In this document: positions 1 through 14,504 of the stretch, one piece after another
Numbering within the stretch: position 1 is the stretch's first letter
How the letters are laid out: every line of letters begins with the position of its first letter
From: Callorhinchus milii
Taxonomy: Eukaryota
Length of the DNA stretch: 64,000 nucleotides
Assembly (NCBI RefSeq): GCF_018977255.1
Contig: NW_024704745.1
Span: forward strand, 46,438,001 to 46,502,000
Direction of reading: 5' to 3'
The notes under the pieces: model-generated
What the model was told of the DNA's origin: nothing
The model's input: only the letters and a program-made list of their open reading frames with translations
Databases searched by the model: none
Program-made: the position numbers and the translations under genes

Positions 1-1939
1 CCAATAATATTGGGAAAAAAGCATAGCTAATTATAGCCAATGCTAATTTAAGAGGCATTTTGTGGGCAAATACAGTAGACAAGTGTGCCAACAAGATCAT
101 ACAGTCATGAAGTGAATGATCAATTTATTCGGAAGTTTGTTTACCACGTAAACATTTCACAAAACATGTGACTGTTCAACTGCTAACTAAAGTGCTCATT
201 TATCTCACCGAGATCATGGAAGGGATTAGAGATAAGCGCAGGGAATTTTGTTTTGTCAACTGTGTAATAGTTTTCTTTATGCTACGTAACAAGTATGAGC
301 TGTGGCCTGATCTTTCACTTTCAGTGTGTGTTGGGTGTTCATTTGGTATAAAAACTCTCAAGATAATTTGTTTTTTAATTAGGTGTTACGACTATAATCA
401 TTTACCTGTGGAGTGCTGAGTACAAGTGTAGTTCAGGGTTAAGTTCTAAACATTACCATTTACTAAAGGCTGCTGTAAAGGTCCCATGTGAAATAAATTC
501 TGAATGTTTAGTTCTGAGTGGATAGGAACTGACAGCACAACACTGCTGTTAATTAAGAATGGTCCACTTCAGGAGAGCTTAGACTCAGCCTATGTAAGCA
601 TGAATCATAATTAAGTTTGAGTAGGAAAATGTTTTTCTATAGTTTAAACTTCCACAATAATATACGAGGAAAACAAAAGACTTCCTATAGCACATGATTT
701 AGAAGGACTTAATGCAGCTTTTAATTCACAAAGTAAAATAGTAGTGGATGCTACTAGGTTAGTTAAAATTAATCACTGTTTGTTATCATAAAGCTAATCT
801 GGTCCAATGTGAATACGTTTTGCATTCATTAATTTTATTTCTGAGAGAATATTGTCTATTTTCTCAAACACACAATGGGGTTGAAGGTTTGATTTTCTAC
901 AGCTTGGACTCAGAGTCAAAAACATTGACTCCTGACAGTAACCAGAAATGTGTCATGCTGAATGCAACCCACAGATTCTGGGCAGAATCTTTGGGTTTTG
1001 CTCAAACTCTCTTTTAAATCTTTTACTGAGGTATGACTAAGTTTGCTTCCCCTCATCACTTTAACATTGCCTGGTTCTGCAATCACCTCAACCTGCCCCC
1101 TGCCTCCTCCATGCAACTAAAGCGTCTTCCACATCTTTGCCACCTCCATTCTCAACTGTCTCAATGCTCTGTTCCCCACCTCAACTCGCCAGCACCAACA
1201 GACCATCTCAAACTCTACAGCCCACATCCTCTCTTGCACTAGGCTCATCTGTTTCCTCTGACTGCCTATGCTCCAGAGGAGTGTTAACCAAACTTTTTGG
1301 TCGGCCAACAAAAATAAATTTTCTTGACTGAATATTTCTTGATTTATGCCACAAATCAAGGAATATTCAATCAAGAAAAAATTGGGAACAAGACATTGAT
1401 TTAAAACAGACTCACATTGACTAGTGCGAATGTTCAGGGGGAGCACATCTTGATGGCCCCACGGGCAATTTCCGGTCCACGGGCCATGGACTGGCCACCG
1501 TTGCCCCAGGGGATCCTTACCTTACCATGTTGATCCCATTATTTTGTCTTGGGGAACCATGGATTAATGCGACTCAATGCAAATTCTCTAGGAACAGAAT
1601 GGATAACTGCACTACATTAACATTACACATTTCTCCATCACTTTTATTTTTACCTTCCTGCTTCCACCCTCAATTCCAGGACCACCATTGTTCTGACAGA
1701 TTCCCCTAGATATTTAGCTTGTCTCTTAGAGAATTGCACAATCACAATGGATTTGTATAGAGTACGTCTCTTCTGATCGGTAAATTTATTGAACTGAGGC
1801 AGCAAATAAATCTTATTCTTCATTGATTGTAACCTGACATTGCTGTGTGCAAATTGGCTGGTGCACTCACCTACATATACAGTCACTACACTTTACAGCA
1901 CTTTGTGATGTCCTCCTGACACAAAAGGCACTATACAAT

Positions 1940-2332
1940 ACAATTCAAAATTATATTAGTATAGTGCCTTTGACATCGGGAGGATGTCCCAAGGCTTTGG
2001 ACAGTCAGGGATTTGGACCCAAACGGGGGATGGGGGGATTAAAAAAANGGGAGGGTGGGGAGGGTAAGAGTGTAGCCAAAGACACGGTCAGAGAGGAGGG
2101 TCTTGATGGTGGACAGGAGGGAGCAAGGCGAAGGGAATGTGGGATGGAGTTCCAAAGGGTGGGGCCAGTGAGGCTGAAGGCCCGACCGTCAATGAGTGGA
2201 GGGAGGGAACAAGTCGATAAGGGGTTAGCAGATCACAGAGGTAGGAAGGGCCAAAGCCGATGAGGGCCTTGAAGGTGAAGACTAGGATTTTGAACTCTAT
2301 CCTCTGAGGGATGGGGAGCCAGTGGAGCTGGG
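1940..2332 (-). mobile_element. L2 LINE 3' fragment
   Basis: Reverse complement matches the 3' ends of the L2 copies at 25078-25901 and 51225-52185, including the stem-loop tail. Confidence 0.8.
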
Positions 2333-5299
2333 CATATATTCATACCAAAATATGTAAGGATTAACCTTCTGCTTGGAACTCAAATGGGAAAATCCCCTTA
2401 GAAATACACTTACAAAGTTTTCTTGATTGGGCATTTATGTCGGAATCAACATAAACCTGCCTTTTGAAAATAAAATCATTATTATTTCTCGTAAGGCTAT
2501 GAAATATTGTACAATAATTTGATTTGAATGTTTTTTTCTTTGCATTTAAAGTTGAAATAAAAGTCTGTAGAAAAGCACTAAGATAACCCTTGCACCACTA
2601 CCACCCTCACCACATACATACATTCACACACAAAAAATAAGGGAAAGAAAACTGCAAGAAGCAAGGAAACAGATCAAATATCAGAAGCTAGAGCACAATT
2701 GGACTGAATAGGATTATTTTCCACTTTTGATATTTTCAGTCAAAAACAACTGAATACTTTGATTTATTATAAATTATTCTTATATATTGTAATGCAGACA
2801 TTTCCAATGCAGGACCAAGATGTATCTACTCAACATACATAAGGAGACAAATGGTAATTGCATCCAATTGTTATCTGGCTGCTCTTTGTCTACACCTGAT
2901 TTCATTATTTGTTATATTTTTNGTGCAAAACACCATACAAATAAATTGAGAATTTCCAGTTTCTATCTCTATCTCAATTATTTTGACTAAACAGTCACTT
3001 ATGTTCTGCATTAGTAAAGTATACCAATTTGGAGCATTGTACACAGTAAAATACCAGGAAATATCATTTCCAGTAACTCGCACTCCAAGTATGCCCCAGT
3101 GGAATTACAGCTGTTTGTGTCTAGGATGTTTCTATGACAACATAAAGTGATTAATAGTCAGAAATGGAAAAATATCAGGAGATTTGAATAGCTAAAAGCT
3201 ATTAGAATAGCAAATACGATGACAAATGTTCATATATTCTAGCCCACATCAAAAGATCAAAACCACAGGACTAAACATTACTTGTGTATTAAAACTAGTG
3301 AAGGGTTGTTATCTAATTGGTAAAATTTCTCTCACCTCTCGCTTTTCTCTCTATGTCAAAACAATTTCTCACTTTCCCTATTTTCATTTGATACCACTGC
3401 AGTCATTATTCCTCTGAATCTATCTCCCGGGGCCCTCCAAACTTCAAATACATCAGCTTACATGTTGCTTCCTCCATGAGTCCTAACCATGTTTAAACCA
3501 AGACATCACTCTATTTCTTATTAAAATTCATTGAGGTAAATTTGAGGTATTCCTTAAAGTATTCCTTAAATTATTTAATGAATGCTTTTAGGAACACAAC
3601 CATATTTATATAGAATTTTACAGCACGGAATCAGGATATATGGACAATCCAGTTCATACTCGGGAAGCTCCAGGCAAGTGATTTGTTCCTCTTAAGGTCC
3701 TTCTGTCTCCATTTTGTGACTAACTTGAGAGTGATTTTATTTTTTGGATGTTAACCCCTACATTGGGCTCTAGCCTACTGATTACTCCCAACTATAAACT
3801 TTCAAATCGAGTTTTCCCTCAAACTCTACCATTGTACTGAGGCTATGGCCTTTTACAAAAGAAAATTAAATCCATGTTAATTCAGCAGTGCTGACTGATG
3901 CCTCTCAATGCAGAATGAAACTTTAGTGCATAAGCATCCTGGGTTGCGCTCAATTCAATGTTGCAATCCCACAGCAAATGGTGTACATTCTGACCACAAA
4001 GTTCACAGCATATTACCTCAATTGCAAATTTCTATTTCTGAAACAGCAAAGGCAGTGGAACTATTCAGTCATATTTCACAGTTACCGTCACCACTTGATA
4101 CTGCGGTTACCTGAGCCAAGGAGGCATAAGATTTGTCTTTAGAATGGTAAGAATAATAATAAGAATAATACTACTACTAATAATAATAACAGTGAAGCGA
4201 TTATCATCCTTTTGACAGTTGTTACTGATCAAATAAAGTGAGTTTGGACAACTCTATTAGAGACTACATTCAGCTACAGGGCTTGAGTTTGCTTTGACTT
4301 GGAATGATGTCTCACTCTCTCTGATGGTCATATGTGATGAGCACTCCGCTCAGCTCTTAGTACGCCCACATCACACCATCTCCGTCAACTTGGCACAAAT
4401 TATCATTAAATTATTCATTTCACTCAGAAATATTAGTGCGAGAAATGGAACAAAGTCACATTAATCCAGAAAGGGGTGTTTTTCTGAAGTCATCTTCAAA
4501 CACATTGTTGAGGCAGAGTGAAGGGAGCCCAACTCCATGTTATACACTGGAAGTGTTTAATACTAACATCCTGGACTGCGAAAAGTACAAAAATATGAAA
4601 GTAAGCATGTGCTTTGCCCAGGTACCATAATACCACAGCACCTTTAACAGGATACTTAATTGCACTATAAACCCTTAGATGATCACATCTACAAGGCTGC
4701 AGCTATAAATGAAGTGTTGCATATTTTATTCCTGAAGTTAAAATCTCAAATTAAATGTCATATCCTATTAGGCTTCAGGACAGGAACATGGGCTCAGCCA
4801 CTACTGAGAGCTGAGTGTTCCATTTTGATGGTCCTTGATTTGTACTTGATGCTTTAGTGGAGAGTATAGCATCTGACTTCAGCAGTTTTTGCCGGGGGGG
4901 ACAATCTGCCAATATTGCCTGGTGCCTGGTACCTCTAGTGGCAATATGTGCTGGGTGGGTGATGCTGGAGGAAAGGTCTCAGCCTCACTTTCACAAATGT
5001 TGGAATTTAGGTCAACAACAACAACAAGAAGCAACAAAATTATATTTGTGTAGCGCCTTTCAGGTCAGGAGGATGTCCCAGGCGCTATCTCGCAGAATTC
5101 TCAAAAAAAACAATGTTTATACACTGTAAAGTATGCAACACTGGTTTTATTTTTTTTCTGTGCATGCTCCTTTCATGTACTGATTTAATTTGTCTGCAGT
5201 GATGTAACAGACGTTGGTAGACAAAAGCACTTTGGCAAAATAGCATCCAAGAGATTGGTTTAGAAACTGGTGTAATTCAGTAATAAAGGTAAGAGATAG

Positions 5300-5960
5300 A
5301 CAGATTAGTAACTAGCTAAAGGAAATAAAGCAAAGGGATTTGATGGGGGAGCTGGGTCAAAATTGGAGGAGTTATTAAATGTGTGGTGCCTCAAGGGTTA
5401 ATGGCATTCCTTGTATACTTTAAAGACCTTGATTCACATACTCGGTATAGGGCAGTTAGTTAATTTTGTAGATGACAACAAGTTAGGTATAACAGTGGAT
5501 TCTGAGGAAGCCAACAAGATCTTACAGAAATGGTTCGCATGTAGGCTGATCACAATAAATGAATTGCAATGCAGATAAATGCAAGGTACTACATTTGGGA
5601 AGTAAATATAGGAGATGTATGTGCTCATTTGACATAATAGAGCAAACAGAAGGAGAAACTGAAAGAGACCTAATGGTGTTCATTTGTGGTAGTGACACTA
5701 TATTTGATCCCAAAACCTCTGCAGGGCAATGAACCTGCTGAGGTTCCAAGTGATTTACAACCAGCTCTACATCTCTCTTCCAACCTTGATTCAACAACTA
5801 ATGTTATTCTGACTGACAGATGTTCAGTCAAGTAACCTCCTACAATTCTTTGTAAATATTTAATAGAGGGAGTAAGGAATGGATGGAGACTCATATGGAG
5901 TACAAACTCCACATGACTAGTTGGGGTGAGTGGCCTGTTTCCGTGCTGTATATTTCTTGT
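5300..5960 (+). mobile_element. Degraded CR1 LINE fragment(s)
   Basis: Remnant VPQG, FVDDNKLG and DKCKVLHLG RT motifs, and a CR1-type 3' end (ggcctgtttccgtgctgta). Confidence 0.55.
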
Positions 5961-5979
5961 AAGTGCTGGATGTGTCTTA

Positions 5980-6720
5980 AGTCCTTTAGGTAACATCAAC
6001 AAAACTGAAACCATCTTGTTCAGCTCTCATCAATGCTTTCTTGCCTCTTTCTCTGACTTCTTCAACTTCCCTTGCTGCTTACTCTGTCTAACAGAGCCAG
6101 TGCATAATCTTGGTATTGTATTTTGCTGGACCTCAAGCACTGGCTTAAATCCTACATCCATCCAATTCTTGAAATACAATCTTCTCCCATCTTCAAACAT
6201 TGCCCACTTTTCTCTTATCTCACTCCCTTCACAGCTGACACCCTTACATATTAAGTCAGGTCTAGGACATCATCATCCAAAAGCTCCAATTCAACCTAAA
6301 CTCAGCAGCACACACTCTTCTCCTGCACCAGGCTGTGCACATCCATTATTCCCAACCTTTCCACCTGCTCTCAGTATCCAAAGGGATCTACTTTAATATC
6401 ATCATTGTTGCCTTTAAATCCCTTTGAGGGCTTGAACTTCACTACATGTTTCTGCCTGTGCCCTCTGCTCTTCTGACTCTGGTCCACTGCTCATTCTCAC
6501 TCCTCTCAGCTCTCTGTCCTACCACTGATGATGGGACCTTCAGTCACAATGTCCTGTTCTCTGGAACATTGCTCCCTAAATTGCTCTCTCTTCCTGTCTC
6601 TTAAAACATACCTTTAAACATGCTTTTGTCAGCCCCTTAAAATTCTGCTTTCCTCCTAATCTGCTCAGTGTTCCTTTTGAACTCTGTGAAGCATTTTGAG
6701 ATGTTTCAACTACAATGATA
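5980..6720 (+). mobile_element. Old degraded L2 LINE 3' portion
   Basis: NINKTETILF motif, pyrimidine-rich body and degenerate L2 tail. Confidence 0.55.
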
Positions 6721-8479
6721 GATGCTATATAAGTACAAGCTACTTTTGATGGCTATGTTTTTGATAGCTTAAATGAACAATTATCATATTAATCCCTCAA
6801 TGTATCAGTGCCACAACAAAGCAACAAAGAGAGCGCAAAATCAGCAGAAGTAGCATTACTCCAATAACATAAAAAAAAGAACAGGGACTATGTGACGAGG
6901 ACACAACATAAACAGATAAACACATTTTCACTGAAGATGTTTTAAAAAGTAGAGGATGGAAAAATATTTTAAAGCTATTTTGCAAAGTACTTGGAAAAGG
7001 CATTACAATAGCTATATTGCCACCAAGAGGATTTTATAAAAATTAACACACCCATTAAATAGACAATATATACAAATTATGTATTAGTACATACAGAACA
7101 AATGTTTAGTTTTAACTTCAAAGTAATAAAAACAGCTATATTGCCCTCTAGAGGAAAATGGTGAGAATGACAGCAACTAAAACCTGAATAATAATCATAA
7201 TAAATAAACCTTCTCACATTATTCTTCACATCTGTTTCTTTAAATTTAAAGTAGTTTGGTACAAAGGGTTGACTCTGAGGAACAGCGAGCATAAAAATAT
7301 TGAAAAATATTCTTTACTTGCAGCTTTGGTGATCATTCAGTATTGCATTCATACAGTTCTTATCCCTTTACCCCTTTAAGTTTCTATCCTTCATGTACCT
7401 ATCTCCTTCCCTCTTGGAACGCACAATGGAGTCTGCCTCCACCACCTTTTTTGGCAGAGTATTTCACATCCCTACAACTCTCTGAGTGAAAAAACTTCAA
7501 ACACTTTCCTTTAAAAAGTTGGCACATTTTCTCAGAGATTAAGAGATTACCGAGTTTTCACAAATTAATAATGTGCTTTTCGGATATTGATTCTTGAGAA
7601 TTTGTTGTGTTATGGGTGGTGGGGGGAGTGGTGTAAATTTCTCTATGCAAACATAGCTGCTATAAAGAGGTCAGCAGCTCCACTTGTTTGCATCCCTCTT
7701 TTGGAATGCAACAAGCCTGCTTCTGCATAATTTTATAAGTAATCATGCATTCAAGTAGCTGCAGAGTTATTGATTTTATACTTGCCCGGTCACAGTTTCA
7801 GGTTCTGCAGGGTTTCAGTAGCTAATTTTTCTTTATTCATTTCACGATGAGGGAGACACTGGCACAGCCAACATTTATTGCCTACCCCTTACCTTCCCAG
7901 TTTGGGAAATGTTCAGAACTGTTCACCTGTTCTTCGTAGAATTCTTACTGGGGCTTGAGATAAGTTGGCCTTCCATCCATCTCACTACAAGAAGAAAAGA
8001 ATCATAGCAGCAGCAATGGAAACCACACAGGCAGTCCTAACTTGAGAATGATCAGATTCAAACAAGATAGTTTTTCTTGACATGTAGAGGCACCAATGTC
8101 ATGATCAACTTCCTTCAGTGGTTGAGATACCTGATGACAGTAACATTTCGAAAATATTTCCAGAATCGATGCTTTAGAAATGTTATTGCTAAAAGACTAA
8201 CTCATGTTCTTAAGACTGATAATAAAAGAGACGGTATTTTTATATCACCTTATACATCAAAACACCTCAAAGTGCTTTACAATAAACGCTGTTGAATCTT
8301 TGAATGTTTTTGCAGACACAACAGTTATTTTTAGCACAGTACCATCCCACAAATAACAATGTTTATCTGGACATTGTTGACTAGGACAATGAAAGAAGCT
8401 CTGTTCTTTTATTGAACAATGTCATGAGATGTTCACCTGAAGAACAGGCAGAAAAATGTTACCTTCATCAATGTATCAC

Positions 8480-9095
8480 AAGAACAACAACAACAAAATT
8501 ACATTTGTATAGTGCCTTTCACGTCGGGAGCATGTCCCAAGCCGCTGGACAGAGTTATGGAACCGAGCTGTCGGTTGGGGTGGGGGAGGGCAGGGGAGGA
8601 AGCAGGGAGATCGAAAGCATAGTCGAAGAGGAGGGTCTTGAGGTGGGTCTTGAAGGTGGCAAGGGAGGGGGCGAGACGGAGGGACTGTGGGGTGGAGTTC
8701 TAGAGGGTGGGTGCAGAGTGGTGGAAGGCCTGCCTGCCAATAGTGGGGCGAGCAAGATGGGGGATGTGAAGCAGGCCAGAGCCCGCTGAGTGGAAGGAGT
8801 GAACAGGGTGGTAGGGGATTAGGAGGTCGGAGAGGTAGGGAGGAGCAAGACCATGGAGGGCTTTGAAGGTGAGGATCAGGATCTTGAACTGTATCCTCTG
8901 TGTGATGGGAAGCCAGTGGAGTTGGGCGAGGATGGGGGTGATAGGGTCACGGAGCCTAGTGCGGGAGAGGACACGGGCTGCAGAGTTCTGGATAATCTGA
9001 AGCCTGTGGAGGGAGGAGTTGGGGAGGCAGACAAGCAGTCAGTTTGCATAGTCAAGCCTCGATGTAATGAAGGCATGTATGAGGATTTCGGCGAC
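8480..9095 (-). mobile_element. L2 LINE 3' fragment with (TTG)n tail
   Basis: aacaacaacaacaaaattacatttgtatagtgcctttcacgtcgggag tail plus an ORF2 C-terminal body matching the other copies. Confidence 0.88.
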
Positions 9096-10989
9096 CTGCA
9101 ATCATTCCTCCAATGCAGCACTTGGATGGTAAACACCGACCTGAACACACAACTTTCTGATCCAGAGGTAGGTGTTACCAACTGCACCAAGCTGACATCT
9201 GGTAAAAGCATGAAACATGCAGATTATATATTAGTACATAAAGAATAACTTCAGTGATGAGCATCACTTTTAATGTAAGGTGCAAATGTATTTTTATATT
9301 GCTACAGTGGCCATTAACGTCCCAAGGCACTGTGGCATGGTTGCAACGATTATATACATAGTTCTGGATGTTTTGGAGCAAATATATGTCGGTGGTTCAA
9401 ATACCAACATCAGCCATGAGGGCATTGTTTCTGAATAGGTATTGTTAAACCCTAAAAGTTAAATCATAGCCTTATACTCATTGTCTTCCAATATTATTGT
9501 TAATGATGTTAAAAATAAAATTACATTATGGAGGACCGTGAGAGGGTAATGTGAAACAGAACAATAATGTTATGTGATTCACAGGAGGTACAATGGGATA
9601 AAGTTTTAAGTCTTGTGCTGTGCTCATTTAGGTAGGCTTAAATGACCGGTGACATAAATGGTTCTAATGTACCTTTCCTGGTCAGTGGAAAATTCCTCTT
9701 CAGACCAGATCACTGCTATCCTTAATACTCCTAAAGTGGATATTAGTACAATTATAAATTGTAGGCCTAGAGTGATGTGAAGTGCTTTGAGATGCTCTCC
9801 CAATGTGAAAAGCACTACATAAATTGTTGTACACACTATTGAAATGGTGTGAATTCAGACATTTCCAAAGCACTTACTATTAGGTCCATTCATTTGAATG
9901 CCAGATTTCCTATCTGTTGCTTGCTGTGAAGCTTTGGGTGTATTTTACTGTGTCATTAAACTGAATTCATGGAAGTATTGGTAAAGTTATTCCTTTCAAT
10001 AATCATTCATTGTTTAAATAAACCAAGGTACATTCAAACTGACACTTTGGTTCTGACAAAAGAAGAAATGTGGTGGTGGTGGGTGGAATTTGAAGACAAC
10101 ATCCATTCAAATGAACATATCTCAGTCTGTATAATGTAGAACTGGGAGGATGTTTTCTCCAGCAATCAAATTGCTGATAGATTCATTGATGCATGAAAAA
10201 AGTAAACCTGTATTCAACATAACAGTAATAATTAAATGAGGTTCGTAGTGCACTGATAATGCATGATTTTCTAGTAAGCATTTGTCCACACAATAAATGT
10301 CCATCAATTAGAACAACTTTGAATTCAATTGGTACATAACTGAGGATGCAGAGAGGAAGAGTTATAATAATATATAATAATAATCCTTGGATTTGATATG
10401 GCGCCTTATCACGTCTTCAAGATGTCTCAAAGTGCTTCACAGAATATACTGTAAAGTGTATATTTTGTGGGCGAAAAGCAGCAGCCAATTATGCACGGCA
10501 GTGTCCCACAAACAGTTATGGATTGGTGAATTCTGGACCTCAATCAATCAATGTCACACAAGGAAGCATCCAGGAGGTAGAACTTGAAAAGCATAATGAC
10601 AATGGACTTTGGAACATATTTGTGGTACCCTCATGAATTGAATTATGCAATAAAAAAAATGCAATGCTTCAAGAGTATCTTCTGAATGGCCTTTAACAGC
10701 ACTATGATGAGACAAATTGATTTTCTTCATCCTTTTCACTAAAGCGTTTAACTCTAGTAGAAATGCTGAGGGGAGTGCTAATTAGGAATCTTTGGTGAGA
10801 TCTCCTAACATTCTGTCCTTGTTTACTCACATTTACATTTTCACTAAAATTAGCTAGCACAGAAAACAAGTCAAGGTGACAACGCAGACATGAGAATGAA
10901 ATTGAAGCGTGCAATATATTGTGGTTTAAGTAGGGTACAGGGTGTCAGACACACCTTGACCAAAATGAGGCATTTGTGTAAGAATTAAC

Positions 10990-12755
10990 CGCTACTTCCC
11001 AGCTCTACTCTTTCCTCTCCCAGCACTCTCTGCTCTTCTCACAGCACAGAGACTGCCTGAGTCAAAGTCACAAATGACATTCTGTCCATCTGTGACCATG
11101 GCTCTCTCTGATTCCTCATCCTTCTTGATCTCTCTGCCGCCTGCGACATTGTTGACCAAGCTACTCTTCTTCATCATCTCTCCACTCAGCTTCGCTGTCA
11201 TGGTTTGGTCCTTGACTGGCTTCACTATCATCTTTCCCATCGTCTTCACTTTGTATCTGCCAATAACTTCTTCTCCAGCCCCCACACCTCCACATGCCCG
11301 CTCCTCAGGCCTCTATTCTTGGTCCACCCCTCTAAGTGCTCCGGGATGCTATGCTGCATGAAGGCCACTATATAAATGCAAGTTGTTGCTGTTAATATTT
11401 ATATGTTCCCACTCAGTAATGCCGTCCGCAGGCATTGGGTCAACTTCCACATGTATGCAGATGACACTAAACGCTTTCTCTCTGACTCCACCTTCGATTC
11501 CAGGTGCACTGCTCTCTTAACAGATTGCCTGTCAGACATCAAGTCCTGAATAAGAGCTATCTTTCTCCAGTTGAATATTGACAAGACGGAGGCTCTCCTG
11601 CTTGGCTCCTATCAGCAACTTCTGACTTCAGGCGCTCACAGCATCACTATAAATGGATGCACTCTCCACCTCACCGAGCCAGAATGGAACCTTGGTATCT
11701 TCTTCAACTCTCAAGTGTTCTTTAAACCCTACATTTATGCCTTGACCACTTTCCCCAATCTCAGCAACATTGCCTGTCTCCACCACTATTTCTTCGCTCA
11801 AGCACAGAGATCCTCAGCCATGTTTTTATCACGTCCAGGCTTGCCTATGCTAACTCTCTGCAATGCTCCCTTCCACAAGCTACAGACTATTCAGAACTCT
11901 GCAGCTCATGTCTTCTCCTACACCTGGCTCCGCCCGCCTATCACCCCCATCCTTGCCTGGCTCCACTGGCTTCCTATTCCCCAGAAGATTGAGTTTAAGA
12001 TCCCCATTCTCACTTTTCACAGTGTTAGTCTGCCTCAGTGGTAAGTACTCTTGCCTCTGAGTCAGAAGATTGTGCATTAAGCCCCATATTGGGTCTTGGA
12101 ATCACATAGGCCAATCTGACACTCAATGCAGTATGTTGCATTCCCGTGGATTTGTCCTTCAGATGAATATTAACCCGATATGCCGTCTGTCTTTTCAGGT
12201 GGTTAAACATTTTCTGGCATTATTCAAAAACAGAAGGGAGTTTCTCCTGGTGTCCTGGCCAACAAATCCCCTAATTAAAATTGGACACTCACTCCATGCA
12301 TGTTTGTGGTATATGACTGTGCGCAAATGGGCTATCTCATTTTGCCCACAAGAAAAGTTATCAGTTCACTTTGCAGTATATCCTGTTAAGTGCTTTAAGA
12401 CAGCTTGACAACGTGATAAGGCGAGGGTTATTATTATTATCTCTGTGACCTTCTTAAACCTTACCAACCCGCCCACTCCCTCCTCTGGGCAGGAACTGAC
12501 CTGCTTCCCGTGCCCTCGCCTTCCGCCCCACCCCCAGCAGCCCCATCGGCAGTCTTTCTCCCTCCACTCTCTGGAATTGCATCCAAAATTCCCTTCACCT
12601 CACCTCCTTTGACTCTGCCTTTGATCATCTTCCCACCCGCACCACCTTGGCCCCCACCCCTCTTGAAACCATTCCGTCAACTGTCCAGTACTTTGGGACA
12701 TCCTCCCGATGTGAAAGGTGCTATGTAAATGCAATTTGTAATTTGTTGTTATTGT
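10990..12755 (+). mobile_element. L2 LINE (RT to 3' end) interrupted by a ~60-bp L2-type tail (11334-11390) and a SINE (12028-12438)
   Basis: [27 protein letters not shown] and LHWLPIPQKIEFKI motifs are collinear across both insertions. Confidence 0.85.
12028..12438 (+). mobile_element. Older long Deu-domain tRNA-SINE (SacSINE1-like)
   Basis: Head cttgcctctgagtcagaag, core gtgtcctggcc...ctgtgcgcaaatggg, (TTA)n tail. The family name is from memory. Confidence 0.7.
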
Positions 12756-14504
12756 ATTCAATATTCAAACAGCAGGTTTTAATATTGAACTCATCACTTG
12801 TCAGAATTTGAAAATACCTGTTTAAAATGTGTAAACTTTATGCAGCACACATTCTTCAAAAGGGTACAAATTTTAGGATAGTTTTATTTTTTACACTAGC
12901 ATAATTGGGGAATGAATGCACAAATCAAGCTAATCCTATCTCCCTGCATATCAATTATACTAGTCAGCATATTGCATTCATCCCTGTATAAACTGTTACC
13001 CAGGAAACCGGTCAGGCCACAGACCAGCAGGGATGCATTACTGCAGTCTGTCTAACCTGCTCACCTACAAGAACAATAGCCTAACAGTACATAATTGAAG
13101 TAGAAATAATGGGATGAAATTTTCAACATTACCACAAAAATGATAATTGCTCCGAGGAATACTTTATGAAACAATGCATTTTGAATAATTATGCCCTGCT
13201 CCACTCACACGCTATCTTTCCCATCAGATCCCCACTCCATATTGATTCCAGTTGCCATGAGTGCTATCTTGATTTTGGGTCCATCGAGGCTTAGTCCCAT
13301 CTGCCATCCTGCAGGCAGATTTTGAGTCAAGGAGAAGAGGGAACTATCTTAATAGCAATTGGCCTCCTGTTCTGTTCTACTTAAAAATTGAAGGTTTGTT
13401 CAGCATGGATTCCCTCAAGCTTGAAATTTCACTTCAAAATTTTTAAAATTGCTTTAACACAATGTATTGATCACCTCTAAAAAGTAAAGAATTAATAATT
13501 TAATGTGGCTTTGAAGTTCTGTTTGATCTTAAGCACAGTTGGCTGCTTTACATTTTATAATGAAGTGGACGCCACACATATTTGTATAAGCATACGTGTG
13601 CTTGTGCATTCTTTCTATTTTCGCCCCATATTGCTTTGACATTCTTGTACTGAGATGAGTATACACCCCTGTTTACATAAGATAGTTTTACTTTAACATC
13701 TTATTCTATTTTTACTTACTTAATCATTTTAATATGTTCTCTTAATGGTGTCAATCATAATATTGTCAATTGTATATAAAACACACACTTACCACTCACG
13801 TTAAGTATGAAAAGAACAGATGTATGAAAAGAACAGATGTATGCTGAATTAATTGACAACACCTACAGAATGTATTTTAGTTTGTATGGGTGGGGGGTGT
13901 ATGTGGTATATATATATATATATTCCAGTAACACAAAAGAATGATTCTGCAGACAAATGTATTACAAAATATTATATCCTCCTGTTCTCACTACATCTGC
14001 TGACGCCTACACACTCACCCACGCTCTCACCCTAATTTACACCTCTTAGGTGGAACTTTCTTCAAGTTTGAAGTACAACTGTTCAGAAATGTTAGCATTT
14101 TAGGTTTTCATTCTTTTCATATAATCTTAAATTGTTAATACATTGAAATTGTATTTCAAAAGTGGCTTATATTGAAGATACAATCTGAAGGCATATATTT
14201 GAAAAATTTTAAGGGGTTAATTCAATCTTCAAAATGGTTGAACTAGATATAACTTGACTGAGACGAGAAATAGATTTGATAGTAATCTTTAGTTATACCA
14301 AATGCAAGGATTATTATTATTATTATTAGTTGTTCAGTTTTTTTTTCCTCTTTCAAATTTTGCTGAATATGACTTAGAATATGACTATATTGTGAATAAA
14401 CCTTTGCAGTGCTATCATGAGATCAATACATCTGTGCAGAAGAAGAAATTCTGCAGGATATCTTTGGATCAGGAGAATATTAATCTGAAAAATGATATAG
14501 AGCT

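Noticed and set aside
2808-2960. Hydrophobic open segment (…CYLAALCLHLISLFVIFXVQ…) as a TM/GPI exon
   Set aside because: It contains an ambiguous base, has weak splice context, and no linked Ig or other exons were found.
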